A stretch of 55,599 nucleotides of DNA, filler included, from Callorhinchus milii (lineage: Eukaryota): NCBI RefSeq assembly GCF_018977255.1. It is 2 parts of 2 records of this genome, joined end to end, with 100 filler letters (N's around TTAATTAATTAA, not from the genome) between each part and the next. Parts side by side here need not be neighbours in the genome. Positions count along the whole stretch, not along the records: positions 1 to 27,752 come from NW_024705687.1; 1 more part is not named here. One strand, written 5' to 3'. The position numbers were made by a program, and so were the translations under genes. How positions within the stretch are numbered: position 1 is the first letter of the stretch; the number at the start of each line of letters is the position of its first letter. The notes under the pieces were generated by a model. The model made no database searches, had not been told where the DNA came from, and was given only the letters and a program-made list of their open reading frames with translations. Positions 10,602 through 22,401 of the stretch are shown here, piece by piece.

Positions 10602-12038
10602 ATGGACACGCGGAAAACAGCGCGGGCCAAAGTACCGCAGGAGGAAGACACTGCCGAGATCGTCGAGCCCGAGACGGCTCCACAAGACAAGGTGCAGCCG
10701 GGGCCTGACGCCTCCTTACCGGGGCATCGAAATGAAGAGGGGCCGCAGCCAGACGCGTTACGGCTGGCTCACGGGAGGCTGGCGGAGCTGCTGTATGCCG
10801 CTGCCGCCACGCTGGAGACCATCACGCGACTAGGGGCCGGTGATCCAACACGGGGCGAGGCGAGCCAACGACCAGGGCGCCTTCCCGCCATTTCGGAGCA
10901 GTCCGAATTTGAAATTCCCGCCATCGACGCTACAGCTGTTCGGGGCGTGGCCAGCCTAGACATCCGCTCCGACATCGCCGTCGCTGAAGCTGCAACGTCA
11001 TCACAAGCGCGACAGGCGATCCCATCGGCCGTTCGCACCGACGCACAGCCGAGTGGTGGTGACATCAGCCTGCGGGAGTCTACAACGACCGCTGCGCTTC
11101 ATCAGAGACTGCCCCCGCTGAAGGAGTTCATCGGCGCGGAGGGGGACTGGGCCGGTTTTCGCCGACGTTTCCTCGCCCATCAGGAGATGGCGAAATGGTC
11201 CGATGAGGAGGCTCTCTGCGCGCTGCCGGCGCTCCTCGACGGCGACGCGCTCGCCGCCCTCACATCGGCGCCGAGAGAGAAGCGGTCTACGTTACCGATG
11301 GCACTACAGCTGCTGGGCGGGGTCTATGGACCATCGGCTGAATGCCGACAGCAATTTTACGACCGCAAGCGGGGTGAGAAGGAGTCGCCCCTAGCATATC
11401 GGACGAGCCTCCTGGCGATGGCTAAGTCGGCCTTCCCTCGTATGGACGACGACGGCATCGACGCTATGGTCACGGAGAAAATCCTCCTCCTGGCAGACGA
11501 CCTTGACATCGCTGTGGTCGCGCAGGAGGACGCGGAGATGACATCGCTCCAGGCGGCAAGGCTCCTCCACGCCAACCTCCTGTCGCTCCGGCGGAAAGCC
11601 AGCAGGGCATCGGCGGGGCGTGCGGTGGCTGCAGCCACCCTTCCGACGGAGGAACTCTACGCCGTCGACCACCGACGGCAACAGGCGACGGAGCACGGTC
11701 GGGCCGGGACGGGTCGGGCCGTTCCGACCATCCGTCACCTCCGACGGCGCTCCCGCGGTGTTTTAACTGCGGCGTCCGGGGCCACGTCGCCTCGGGGTGC
11801 CGCTCTCCTCGTCAGCGCGGGACGACACCTCAACGGGACGACGGGCCTCATCACAAGCTCCACCATCATAACCCGGCGAGTCGCGGCACCCCACACGTTT
11901 GGCCCACACACACGCCCGTCACGCACTCAAACACCGCAACGAGAGGGGGGCCGATATCGCACACCATCGCACCATCACGCACCACTCCGGGTACTCATAT
12001 CGAACCCGGCCAGTGGTCCGCGCTGGCCGATCGTGTGA
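10602..12038 (+). pseudogene. gag: Gypsy gag, frameshifted before the zinc knuckle
   Basis: Capsid-like LPPLKEF..DWAGFRRRF; CFNCGVRGHVASGC knuckle at 11759-11800 in a different frame. Confidence 0.85.
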
Positions 12039-14810
12039 TAGCCGCATCGTCGGGGTCGTCGGCCGTTGTGGGGCACATCGACGGGGTTGAAGTGCGCATC
12101 CTGGTCGATACGGGAGCATCGGCGACCATTATTTCGGAGTTAATTTACAATATTCTCCCTGTCCGGAGCCGTCCTTTGATGCCTGTTAACGTACCATTCT
12201 ATGCGGCTAACGGGGGCTCACTTGGCATCATCGGACAAATTCGTGCCCAAATTTGTATTGGGGAAATTAAATTGTCTGGGCCGATTTTTGTTTCCTCCTC
12301 GCTGGCGGTTCCGTGCCTGCTGGGGACGGACTTCCTGGCCAAAATGCCGATTAGGATATTAATCGACCAGGGATGTATTGAGCTCCCGTCGGGCAGACGC
12401 ATGGCGTTTCTGCCATCGCCAGTTACGACTCGGACGGCGTTCGCGACGGTGCCGGCATTCGTAGAGAGAACGGTGCGCGTCCCTCCGGGGGCGCAAATGT
12501 TGATTCCTTTGAAACTTCGGCGGCCCTTCGCTAAGGGTATTGGGGCCCAAGGGGTTCTGTTGGGGCCGTCTAGGGCCGGGGTTAGTGGACCTCATTTACT
12601 TCCGGCCCAGACCATAGTAAGAGGGGACGGTGAACCCTTCATCGCGGTCCTCAATGTGGGCTCGCAGACGGTGGTGGTCCCACAGGGGACCGTGCTTGCT
12701 CACGCAACGCCGGTGCCATGTGAGGAACCCGTCGCAAATCACGTCAGCGCTGTCCCTGCGTCGCGACCGCATTCGGACAGCGATGAAGGGTGGCTCGAGG
12801 CGCTTTGTGCGGGATCGACGGACCTGTCAGATTCAGAGCGTCAACAACTTAAAACACTACTGCGGGAATTTTCCGACGTTTTTAGTCGGAATAAATACGA
12901 TTTGGGTTGTACTCACCTGCTGCGTCACCATATTGACACGGGTGACAGCGCGCCAATTCGCCAAAATCCGTTTCGGTTGAGTCCCGCCGAAAAGGACCAT
13001 GTCAAATCGGCTATTGATGACATGTTGGCCGCCGACATCATTTCTCCGTCCACCAGCCCTTGGGGAGCGCCGATTGTCCTGGTTAAAAAGCAGGACGGAT
13101 CGTTGCGGTTTTGCGTTGATTTTCGGCGCCTTAACAAAATTTCGGTTGCCGACGCATACCCGCTCCTCGGATGGATGAATCGCTGGACGCCTTGGCTGGA
13201 GCGCGATTCTTTTCCACACTCGATTTACTTTCGGGATTCTGGCAGCTTCCTCTGGACGATGATTCAAAGCCTAAAACTGCTTTCCGTACACCGCACGGCC
13301 TGTTCCAATTCAACCGGTTGCCGATGGGCTTACACTCAGCGCCGGCAACTTTCCAGCGTTTAATGGAATTGGTTTTGGCTGGATTGCAATGGGAGTCGTG
13401 CCTCATTTATTTGGATGACGTTATCGTCTTTGGTAAAACTTTTGATGAACATCTCCAGAGGTTGCGGGCGGTTTTCCTAAAGATGCGGGCTGCTAATTTG
13501 AAATTCAAACCCCAAAAATGCCATTTGTTGCGCGATTCGGTGCGTTATTTGGGGCACATCGTGGGACGCTCAGGTATTGCTACCGATCCCGCCAAAACGC
13601 AGTGTGTCAGCTCCTGGCCGACTCCCACCTCGGTGGGAGAGGTCAGGAGTTTCATTGGGTTCGCGTCGTATTACCGACGGTTCGTCGCTGATTTTGCGAC
13701 AATTGCAAAACCCCTGCACGCTTTAACATCTAAAGGGGTTCGGTTCCACTGGGGTCAAGAGGAGGAGGCTGCTTTCTGCTCCCTTCGGGACGCCCTGGTA
13801 AAAGCTCCTCCCTTGATTTACCCAGATTTTTCGAGGCCGTTTTTGCTCGACACCGACGCGAGCAACACGGGTATTGGAGGCGTGCTTTCCCAGGTGGTTG
13901 ACGGCGTGGAACGGGTGGTTGCGTACGGCAGTCGGGTGTTGTCTCCAGCGGAGCAAAGATATTGTGTCACCCGTAGGGAACTGTTGGCAATTGTCTATTT
14001 CATCCAACAGTATCGCCCATATCTGTACGGTCAGCATTTCACCGTCCGTACAGATCATGCGGCACTGCAGTACGCCCTGAAGGTTCAACAGCCATCGGGA
14101 CAATTGTCCCGATGGTTGGAGGTCCTCCAGGATTTCGATTTTGAAACCACCTACCGTAAGGGCGTTCGCCACACCAACGCGGACGCTCTGTCGTGCATGC
14201 CAACCGCCTCCGAATGTGCATGCCTCCTGGGGTCGGGGCGTTGCAGGCCAGCAGGGGACATGCCGGTTCTAGTCCTGGCGGCCGCCGCCGATGATCACGT
14301 CTATGTTGTCACACCAGGTTTCGGAGTCACAGACCAATTGGGACTTGCAAATTCAAGGGGTCCTGGCAGCATATAGATTGGCCCCCCATGCTGCGACGGG
14401 ATTTTCACCCTTCTTTCTCATGTATGGCCGCGAACATGACCCACCTGTTCGGGCACAGCTGCAGATCCCCGCGCCGCTGGGTAAGACAAAATTGGACGAA
14501 CACGTTAAATTTAACCTTGAAAAACTGACTGAGGCACGGGATGCTGCCATGCTAAATTCCGACAGGCGTCAAAAGGCGAACGAGCGCCTCAGACTGGCAC
14601 GCGCGCACGTGCTGCAGTGGAAGCCGGGGGACAGGGCATGGCTGCACTGTCCCCCAGGTACCACTCGCGACGTCCTCGAAACTGGTGCGGCCGTGGCGGG
14701 GCCCCGTCGAGGTGGTCGAGGTTTTGCGACCTCAGTGCGTTCGTATCAAGTGGGGGAAGCGCCGGTGGTTCGTTCACCCCTCTAGGCTAAAACCCTTCGT
14801 TGCGGTGCGA
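12035..14810 (+). pseudogene. pol: Gypsy pol (protease, RT, RNase H, integrase C-terminal remnant)
   Basis: ILVDTGAS; SPWGAPIVLV, LRFCVDFRRLN; YLDD 13408-13419; LDTDAS, RELLAI, TDHAAL, NADALS; TGFSPFFLMYGRE and PWRGP; frameshifts near 13168 and 14655. Confidence 0.92.
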
Positions 14811-15528
14811 GGCCCTACTCCACACACGCAGGGCCAAACATGTGGGGGGTCGACCGACTCGGAGGGTCCGTCTCTGTTGCTCTCGCCTGACGTCTTGCCG
14901 ACTGTTCCGCCCCCAGGTACATCAGGAATGACGGGCTCGCGCCCAACAACCCACACGGGGGATGCCGAGGGTCTCGCCACTCCAATCGCGGACTCACCTC
15001 GAAAGGGACAGCTGCCATCGGATGGTCCGTCATCTGGGGTTGGCCCATGTGACGGGCCTGCGGCAAGGACGCGCGCAAAAATGCGCAGACTCTTGTAATG
15101 CACAGGAAGACGAGGAAAAAAACATTTTATTGAGTTTTTTTTGAAAAATTTTCTCGTGTTATGGTTACTGGGCGCTGCGTTGGTGGGGCGCTCTTGGCAC
15201 GTTGTTGTTATGGCTGTGTGTGTTGTGTGTGTCTTGTGTGTGTGTTGTGTGTGTCTTGTGTGTGTGTTGAGTGTGTGTTGTGTGTGTGTTGTGTGTGCGC
15301 TGGGGGGGTTCCTGGCGAATGTATATACTTTGCTTTTACGGATTTCGTATTTATTCGGGGGGGGGGGCGTCGGTTTATTCTCCCTTCGGGGTATGGTTAT
15401 TGTTGTTGTTCCATTCGCGTTCTGTTGAAAAAAAAAAAAAATGAGGCACACATGAGGGTCAAGGGGTAAAGGTACCTTTATTGGAATTGTTGCAGCCGGG
15501 ACGGCTGCGAGCTGTGCAGGGGGGGTGA

Positions 15529-16077
15529 TGTAGGGCTGTTATGGAAGGGCTGTTGTACATAGGATTAAACGGCGAACAAACACAGTGGGCGGAGCTCCGG
15601 GAGTACACGGGGGGGGTGCCCGCAACGACGTCCGCATCGGGCAGCCTGGGGTAGGGCTGCCCGGGGTTGTGATCCGGTGGGGGAATATAAAAGGGGATGA
15701 CAGAGAGAGCTCGGGGCTCAGTATTAGAACGAAGAAGGGAAGACTGAAGACCCGGGTAGCTAGAGCCCTGGACTCCCCTGAGACGCCGCCCTTGTCAGGG
15801 CCGCGCAGGACCGAGCCAGCGGCGTGGTCCCGTGAACCAGAGTCAGCACTCTGGGACTCCGGGTACCGTAGCCCGACTCGCCAGTGTCGGGCCAGACAGC
15901 CTCCCCTAGCCCGTTAGTGGAGGACTCGGGGGTAGGTCAGGGATAGCTAGGGGTGTATCCCCAGTTATACGGGTGAGGGGGCCGATACCCCTCGAGTGTT
16001 ATATGCCCACTGTTGTACTGTAAAATAAATACACGTGTGCCTCAACCTCGGTGTCAAGCATCCTCACCGGTACTTCA
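15529..16077 (+). repeat. 3' LTR preceded by polypurine tract
   Basis: AGGGGGGGTGA then TGTAGGG...TACTTCA; 3' half near-identical to the 5' LTR, 5' half diverged. Confidence 0.9.
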
Positions 16078-16079
16078 CC

Positions 16080-16362
16080 TGCACTGGCGTCATACGACAA
16101 TTCGGATCCCATCTGTTGAGAATGCACGGGGGACACACGCGGCCACGTGGTGAGAGAGGCATGGTGAGAGCTTTGATGTTCCTTCCCTTCTCCCACGAGG
16201 TCCAGGAACGCACAGCAGCAGCGGAAGCCACAGTAGCAGTGGCAGTCCTCTGATGCCCAGCAGCGGCTTGGACAGACCTCCCACTCCTCCACAGAGGGCT
16301 AACTCCACAGAGGGCCAGTGGTACCGCTTATTGGCAGGTCCACTCAGCTCCACATCTTCCTG
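16080..16362 (-). mobile_element. RTE-like LINE 3' fragment
   Basis: EDVELSG block (gtccactcagctccacatc) shared with the RTE fragment near 27000. Confidence 0.45.
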
Positions 16363-16444
16363 GTGATCGGTGGAGAGTGGTCGCCAATCAATTGGAGGGG
16401 GGAATCCTCGTGGGGAGGGGGTGGGAGTGGTGGGTGGTTCTTAC

Positions 16445-16562
16445 CGCAAACAGGAGCTGATGAATTCGACAAACTCCGGGTCATCGCTTTTGAGCACCCT
16501 GTGAAGTGGGAAGCTCCTCGGAACCCTTTTCTTGCCTGGGCAGAACATCTTCCCCCGATGGT
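16445..16562 (-). CDS. DYRK4-like exon up to subdomain XI
   Basis: DHRGK..KKRVPRSFPLHRVLKSDDPEFVEFISSCL, GTAAG donor. Confidence 0.85.
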
Positions 16563-16599
16563 CTGCAGGAGCCATGCACAGCGGAAGAGACGAAGTCAC

Positions 16600-16900
16600 C
16601 AACCACCACATCGCCCATCTACCCACTTACTGACCGATTCATCAACCCACTCATCCACCTACCCACCCATACACTCTTCCACCTACCCAATCGCTCACTC
16701 ACCTATCCACCTACCCACTCATCTACCCACCCACTCATCTACCCACCCACCCACCCTCTCACTGACCCGCTCACCCACCCTCTCACTGACCCGCTCACCC
16801 ACCCACTCACCCATTCGCCCAATTACCCACCAACCTACTCGCCTACTCACCCACATACCCATCCACTTGCCCACACACCCATTTACCCACCCACATACCC
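16600..16900. repeat. (CCCA/CTCA)n low-complexity tract
   Basis: Visible tetramer periodicity. Confidence 0.85.
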
Positions 16901-17008
16901 AAGTAATGTAAAATACAAAGACGCCCCCTCCAAAACAAAATAACAACAGCCTGAGGCCACTCCCTAAAACTGAATCCGGTCTGTCATTCACCCCACGCTT
17001 CAACTCAC

Positions 17009-17069
17009 CAAAGAACTGCGTTCTGTCGGGTGCTCCATTCACCATGTACCTTGGAGGCATCCCCAGAAT
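17009..17069 (-). CDS. DYRK4-like exon, CMGC insert
   Basis: ILGMPPRYMVNGAPDRTQFF. Confidence 0.85.
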
Positions 17070-17349
17070 CTGCACATGGTTGACATGAAGACAAAGGTCA
17101 CCCGTATAGCTTCGGCACACTGTCGGGACAAGTGCTGTTAGATCGAGTAGCAAAATTAGCAGCGTTTGTTGAGGGCCAGCACTCTGGCACACAGAGACAG
17201 GAGTGGCGGTTGATTTCAGCCGCATCATCTCTACATAACAAAAAGGCTCAGTCCCTTTTACACGCACCTTTACATCATCCGCACCTAGTTTACACAACAA
17301 AGGCTCATTCCTAACAGCGTGCTTCAGCCGCACCGAACCTCACAAAAAT

Positions 17350-17609
17350 AATATTCAGGGCCTACCTTGGCTCCTCCCACCCTCAACCAGTATATATACA
17401 AGGACTGTTTCTGGAATTTCTCTCACTTGATACAGCTATCGTGCTGTGAATGTTCCACCTGAAGACGGAGGCTTGTGTTGCCTCCGAAACTTCGTAATTT
17501 TTATTTTATTATTTTACTTTTATTAATTTTTCATTTTTTACCTGTGACTTTACCGAAAAAACCTAAGAATATGAATCCTTGCAGTCACGAAAGCTTCAAA
17601 TCTAGAATT
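17350..17609 (+). mobile_element. Penelope-like pLTR fragment with variant hammerhead at 17456-17496
   Basis: CTGAAGA-C-GGAGGC-TTGTGTT-GCCTCC-GAAAC-TTC; gtgactttaccgaaa...gcagtcacgaaagc tail. Confidence 0.75.
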
Positions 17610-17924
17610 GACCCAGATACTTTACACACTCCACCAGGTACTCAGTTGAGGCTGTCTCGAACTAGAGGAGGCCCAGGACCAGTTCAGACAATCGTCACTG
17701 GTGTTGCCCATGAGCTGGAATCAACCTCAGTTTCTAGCACAGCAGACTGACCGCTACACTACCGCTCCCCCACACAAACAAGACACACACGTGTACACGC
17801 AACATACGACGGCCGTTATTCACAGATCACCAATTGGCCACCCCCCCTCCTGCCACCCCCATAGCCCACGACTCCAAGGAGAGAGAGGGGGATCACGAGC
17901 GGACAGACGCCGTGTGGGAAATAC

Positions 17925-18097
17925 CTCTATGCAGCGCGGGAGGTGATCTTCGTGGCTGTTGGACCGGAATAATTCCCTGCCCGTCGCCAACTCCGCCACC
18001 GTGCAGCCCAGCGCCCACATATCCACTCCACATGTCAAGCTATAGCCCAGCAACAGCTCCGGAGCCAAGTATTCTAGGGTCCCACCAACATTCATAG
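17925..18097 (-). CDS. DYRK4-like exon, subdomains VIII-X
   Basis: MNVGGTLEYLAPELLLG..VDMWALGCTVAELATGRELF. Confidence 0.9.
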
Positions 18098-18337
18098 CTG
18101 TACAAAAATCACAAGGACAACAAACATATGTGCGTGTGTACACACTGTGTCTTAAACAGCATCATCGTCATGCACATAAACAGTCACATGTACAGACACT
18201 CAGATACTCACACACAGACACACTCAGACAGACACTGACATATAGACACTCACACGGACGCAGAGAGACCCATGCATAAAGACAGCCATACAGACACCCA
18301 CACGCAGACACTCACACACCCAGGTGAGGTTACTCAC

Positions 18338-18419
18338 GTTGACTTTCCACGAAAAAGCTCGTGCCAAAGTCCGTGATCCTCACGGTGCCAGTCACGGTGT
18401 CTTTGACGAGAACATTTTC
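18338..18419 (-). CDS. DYRK4-like exon, subdomain VII
   Basis: ENVLVKDTVTGTVRITDFGTSFF. Confidence 0.9.
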
Positions 18420-18622
18420 CTGGAGGAGGGGTAGAATGAATTCAAACTCAGAGGTTATGCCGATATCATTCAGCCAGCAGTGGATCAATCACATACCACG
18501 ACACACGCTAAACAGGGGAACTAGATGAGGCATAGCCCTGTCGACAAGCGTCAGTCAAGTGCAATATTCGCTGTTTTCTGACAGCTGTCACTGGGGGTGC
18601 CCCTTTCAAATGTGTCAAAATT

Positions 18623-18877
18623 AAATTTTGATTTAAAGCTTTCGTGACTGCAGGGATTCATCTTCTTGGTTCTTTCGGTAAAGTCACGTAGAAGGGAAAT
18701 AATAAAAATAAAACATAATAAAACAATTCTCACGACGTTTCGGCCACAACGCAAGCAGCCGTCCTCAGGTGACCTGAGAATTGTTTTATAATGTTTTTAT
18801 AATGTTTTATTTTTATTATTTTTATTATTTTATTATTACTTCCCTTCTACGTGACTTTACCGAAAGAACCAAGAAGA
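18623..18877. mobile_element. Penelope-like inverted pLTR insertion
   Basis: Inverted arms; flanking tgYgtcaaaatt duplication at 18611 and 18878. Confidence 0.8.
18730..18772 (-). ncRNA. Minimal type I hammerhead ribozyme
   Basis: tcac-CTGAGGA-C-GGCTGC-TTGCGTT-GTGGCC-GAAAC-GTC-gtga. Confidence 0.85.
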
Positions 18878-19775
18878 TGCGTCAAAATTGTAGATGTGAG
18901 TAGAGGCGTGTCACGTTCAAAGCACTCTCAGGCACCATCAAAGTGAAGGGGGGTGGCTCTATTGACAACCGATTGCCGTTGCTCCAACAGGAGAGCTGCA
19001 TGGAGCTCACAGCTGGATGAGTGCCCGTTAACGAGTTAGAGACAAAAAGCCACACACAAGAGAGTGCACGGATTCCGTGAAGCTTTCTACTGCACCTTTG
19101 TCTTTGGACGTTTTCAATTTGCAGATTGGAATTCGATAACGAGCAGTTGTCAGGCCAAAATGCACATTTCGCACGTTTTGAAAATTGTTCTTTTTAAATC
19201 CTTTATATTAAGTTCACTTGCTTGCTTTCTTGCGCGCTTGCGACCGTGCAAATCTTTCGGTCGTTTTTTTAACCCACTTCCCGTGATCCAATCGAGCTGA
19301 AAATTTTGCACACAGACTCGTTGTGCGTGACAATTTATTTTCGTGAAAAATGTTTTTCCTAAATTTTACACTTTTTAGGAAAAAAAAATGTCATATTTAA
19401 TTTAAAATACCAATGTGATAAAAATGAACTCTTACTCAAGAAAACCAGAAATGAATAATAAAATAAAACCGATGCCACGCATATAAAGGATTTATAGTGA
19501 AAAACTTTGTTTTTACGGGTTAATTTTTTTACTCCATTTCATGTCTCCCAGGGTTTGGGGCAACGCTGATCAACGTTGCCGGTTTTCTCTCTGGTGAGTC
19601 CCCAAGAGTGACACGATTCTACACGATAGTTTAATTCATACCAGATCACATTCACCAGAGGTAGCATGACCCTGCCTCCTTCCAGTGAGATGGGCAGAGC
19701 TAACGTATCGACCCTGTGATCAACACGGCCGGTTTTCTCTGTGGAACGAGTCCTCAATAAAGATACACCTCTGCA

Positions 19776-20168
19776 ATCTTAATTTGTAGCTTTCGTGACT
19801 GCAGGAATTACTCTTTGGTTCTTTCGGTAAAGTCACGTACAAAGCTTGCGTACTTTGTCACCCGTCGTCCTACTCATTGACATGCTAATTTTTTCTCTAA
19901 CCCCTCCCTCTCCGCCCCCACCCCCCTCTCTCTATTTAAGGCCTCGTCACAGAAACGTTCTCTGGTGTGCCGATGTGTGTTCTCTCTCTATGTATCTTTG
20001 CGATGTCTGTCTGCTTATATGTCTGTCTATAGTTTGCTGGTTAGATTTTTGTTGCTATTTCTTTTATACCTGATGACGATTGCTTGTGTTGCAATCGAAA
20101 CGTCGTATGCTATTATTTTATTTCTTATTTTATCTTTATACGTGACTTTACCGAAAGAACCAAAGAGT
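19776..20168. mobile_element. Penelope-like pLTR insertion with inverted tail
   Basis: 14-bp duplication gatacacctctgca at 19762 and 20169. Confidence 0.85.
20066..20108 (+). ncRNA. Minimal type I hammerhead ribozyme
   Basis: atac-CTGATGA-C-GATTGC-TTGTGTT-GCAATC-GAAAC-GTC-gtat. Confidence 0.88.
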
Positions 20169-20215
20169 GATACACCTCTGCACCAAAGTGAAAGCTGAAC
20201 GCTGTGTCCACTCAC

Positions 20216-20354
20216 AGGCTTGATGTCCGCGTGGACGATTTTCCTGGAATTGATGTGGCGCAAGAACTTGAGGATGCCCCTGGTGTAGGTTTTCACCATC
20301 GCCATGTCCAACCGCCGGAGCCCCGCATTCCTAATCACTTCATGAAGGCTCTCC
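20216..20354 (-). CDS. DYRK4-like exon, subdomain VI
   Basis: ESLHEVIR..KIVHADIKP. Confidence 0.9.
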
Positions 20355-20892
20355 CTGTGAGAGAGGCAGAAGCAGCAACAAAAACACGGCATCAGTACCA
20401 TCCCCTACAATGCTGCACTGATTCTGATAACGATAATCACGTTCATATTGTACGTTCACGTGCACGTTTATGACCAATATTAAGAGTTATAGTTCCGTGT
20501 GGGTTGAGGTCGTCAATTTGCCCATAAACCAAATCAGTTGGCATATCTGCCCACTTGACAACTTGATTTCATTGGCTTTGTTGCCGGGTAGTGGAGGGTT
20601 ATCCATTGGGAGAAGATAAAAACTCAACACAGGGGATTTTCGCCGAGAGGCACAAGCATCACCACTGCCATGCAGCCACCCTGCTGATTGAGTGGAGGCG
20701 TGGGTTGGTGAAAGTGGCAGGGCTAATGGAGGAAAGACAAGTGGCCTCCAATGCACCCGTGGCACATGGCAGCTCCACAGGATTACAATGCATGGGTGGT
20801 GGCGTGGGCATCTCAACATTAACAGCTTACTCTTTGGTTCTTTCGGTAAAGTCACGTATAAAGATAAAATAATAAATTTAATAATAGCATAC

Positions 20893-20933
20893 TACGACGT
20901 TTCGATTGCAACACAAGCAATCATCATCAGGTA
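20893..20933 (-). ncRNA. Minimal type I hammerhead ribozyme
   Basis: tac-CTGATGA-T-GATTGC-TTGTGTT-GCAATC-GAAAC-GTC-gta. Confidence 0.85.
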
Positions 20934-21063
20934 TAAATGAAATGAAATAGCAACAAAAATGTAACCAGAAAACTATAGACAGACATATAAGCAGACAGAT
21001 ATCACCAAGATACATATGTTTGTCTATAGTTTTATGGTTAGATTTTTGTTGCTATTTTATTTA

Positions 21064-21104
21064 TACCTGATGATGATTGCTTGTGTTGCAATCAAAACGT
21101 CGTA
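21064..21104 (+). ncRNA. Hammerhead copy with G12A core mutation (likely inactive)
   Basis: Same as above but AAAAC instead of GAAAC. Confidence 0.7.
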
Positions 21105-21213
21105 GTATGCTATTATTTAATTTATTATTTTATCTTTATACGTGACTTTACCGAAAGAACCAAAGAGTAATTCCTGCAGTCACGAAAGCTCCAAAATTAA
21201 GAATTAACAGCTT

Positions 21214-21362
21214 GCCGCGGTGGCGAGATGACATCTCCCCCGCCTGGTATGGAGGAGGTCCTAGGTTTGATCCCGACCGTGATGCCTGTAGATTTGGAGT
21301 TTGCATGTTCTCCCCGTGGGCATGTGAATTTTTCTGTGGGTCCACTGGTTTTCCCCTCCACA
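21214..21362 (+). mobile_element. V-SINE fragment
   Basis: tggagtttgcatgttctccccgtg V-domain after a tRNA-like head. Confidence 0.75.
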
Positions 21363-21384
21363 TTTATAATCAAAATGCTACTTT

Positions 21385-21537
21385 TAGATTTAAAGCTTTC
21401 GTGACTGCAGGGATTCTTCACCTGAGGACGGCTACTTGCGTTGTGGCCGAAACGTCGTGAGAATTATTTTATTATGTTTTATTTTTATTATTTTATTATT
21501 TCCATTCTACGTGACTTTACCGAAAGAACCAAGAAGA
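21385..21537. mobile_element. Short Penelope-like pLTR insertion
   Basis: aaaatgctacttt duplication at 21372 and 21538; inverted tail. Confidence 0.85.
21418..21460 (+). ncRNA. Minimal type I hammerhead ribozyme
   Basis: tcac-CTGAGGA-C-GGCTAC-TTGCGTT-GTGGCC-GAAAC-GTC-gtga. Confidence 0.85.
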
Positions 21538-21641
21538 AAAATGCTACTTTGTTAAGCTTTTATTTGTGGTCTGGTCGCTTCTAAAAAGTTAAGTTAGTTA
21601 ACCACATTATTGGCGGAGGGGGGGGGGCATGCAGTACATAC

Positions 21642-21788
21642 TTCAACAGCTCCATGACGATACAGTAGTGTCCTCGGAAATGAAATATGTTCAGGACTTT
21701 GATGACGTTGAAATCTTCATCACTGCCCTCGTCCTGAAGTTCCAGAGCTATCTGGAGCTCCATCTTCTGGTATGTTTCTTGCTTGGAG
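21642..21788 (-). CDS. DYRK4-like exon, subdomains III-V
   Basis: MELQIALEL..NVIKVLNIFHFRGHYCIVMELL. Confidence 0.9.
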
Positions 21789-22064
21789 CTGCACAGAGGA
21801 AGTCCACAAATGAAGAGCCTACATTTACTTAAGGGATATCCAGAGCCAAATTCTACTTACAATAAAATAATTAAATATGAATTCACCAGGTCTAACAGCA
21901 CCAGGAGTTCCAGTAGCACACTCGACTAACATTGGTTAGGAGCTCCCACAGAGGGAGCAGGAGCCGGTGTAGGGCACCCAATAGGATTTGAAAGTGAAGA
22001 ACCATTCAAATCGGATTGGTCATTTGAGAAATCTAAATGCAAACTCATGTTAACACAACGCATT

Positions 22065-22401
22065 AATTCTAGATTTGAAGCTTTCGTGACTGCAAGGATT
22101 CATATTGTTAGGTTTTTTCGGTAAAGTCACGTAGGTAAAAAATTCAAATTAATAAAAGTAAAATAAAAATAAAATAAAAATCACGACGTTTTGGAGGCAA
22201 CACAAGCCTCCGTCTTCAGGTGGAACCGTCACAGCCACGACAGCTGTATCAAGTAAATGAGAGATTACAAGAGCTACCACTCCGTATATATAATGGTTTA
22301 AGAGGGGAAGGGCCAAGTACGGCACACTTTTTATTAATATGGTAAGGTGAGGCTTAAGACTAAGAATAGACGTGACTTTACCGAAAAAACCTAAGAATAT
22401 G
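22065..22401 (-). mobile_element. Penelope-like pLTR insertion; hammerhead 22182-22222 carries G12A
   Basis: aacacaacgcatt duplication at 22052 and 22402; same subfamily as the 17350 copy. Confidence 0.85.

Larger units (their letters stand above)
9992..16077 (+). mobile_element. Ty3/Gypsy LTR retrotransposon, defective
   Basis: TG..CA LTRs, PBS, gag, PR-RT-RH-IN order, PPT. Confidence 0.95.
20829..21202. mobile_element. Penelope-like palindromic pLTR insertion
   Basis: Long inverted arms, each with a hammerhead; attaacagctt duplication at 20818 and 21203. Confidence 0.85.

Noticed and set aside
15141..15469. env-like hydrophobic ORF in the Gypsy element
   Set aside because: Arises from a (TG)n-rich 3' UTR tract; no ectodomain
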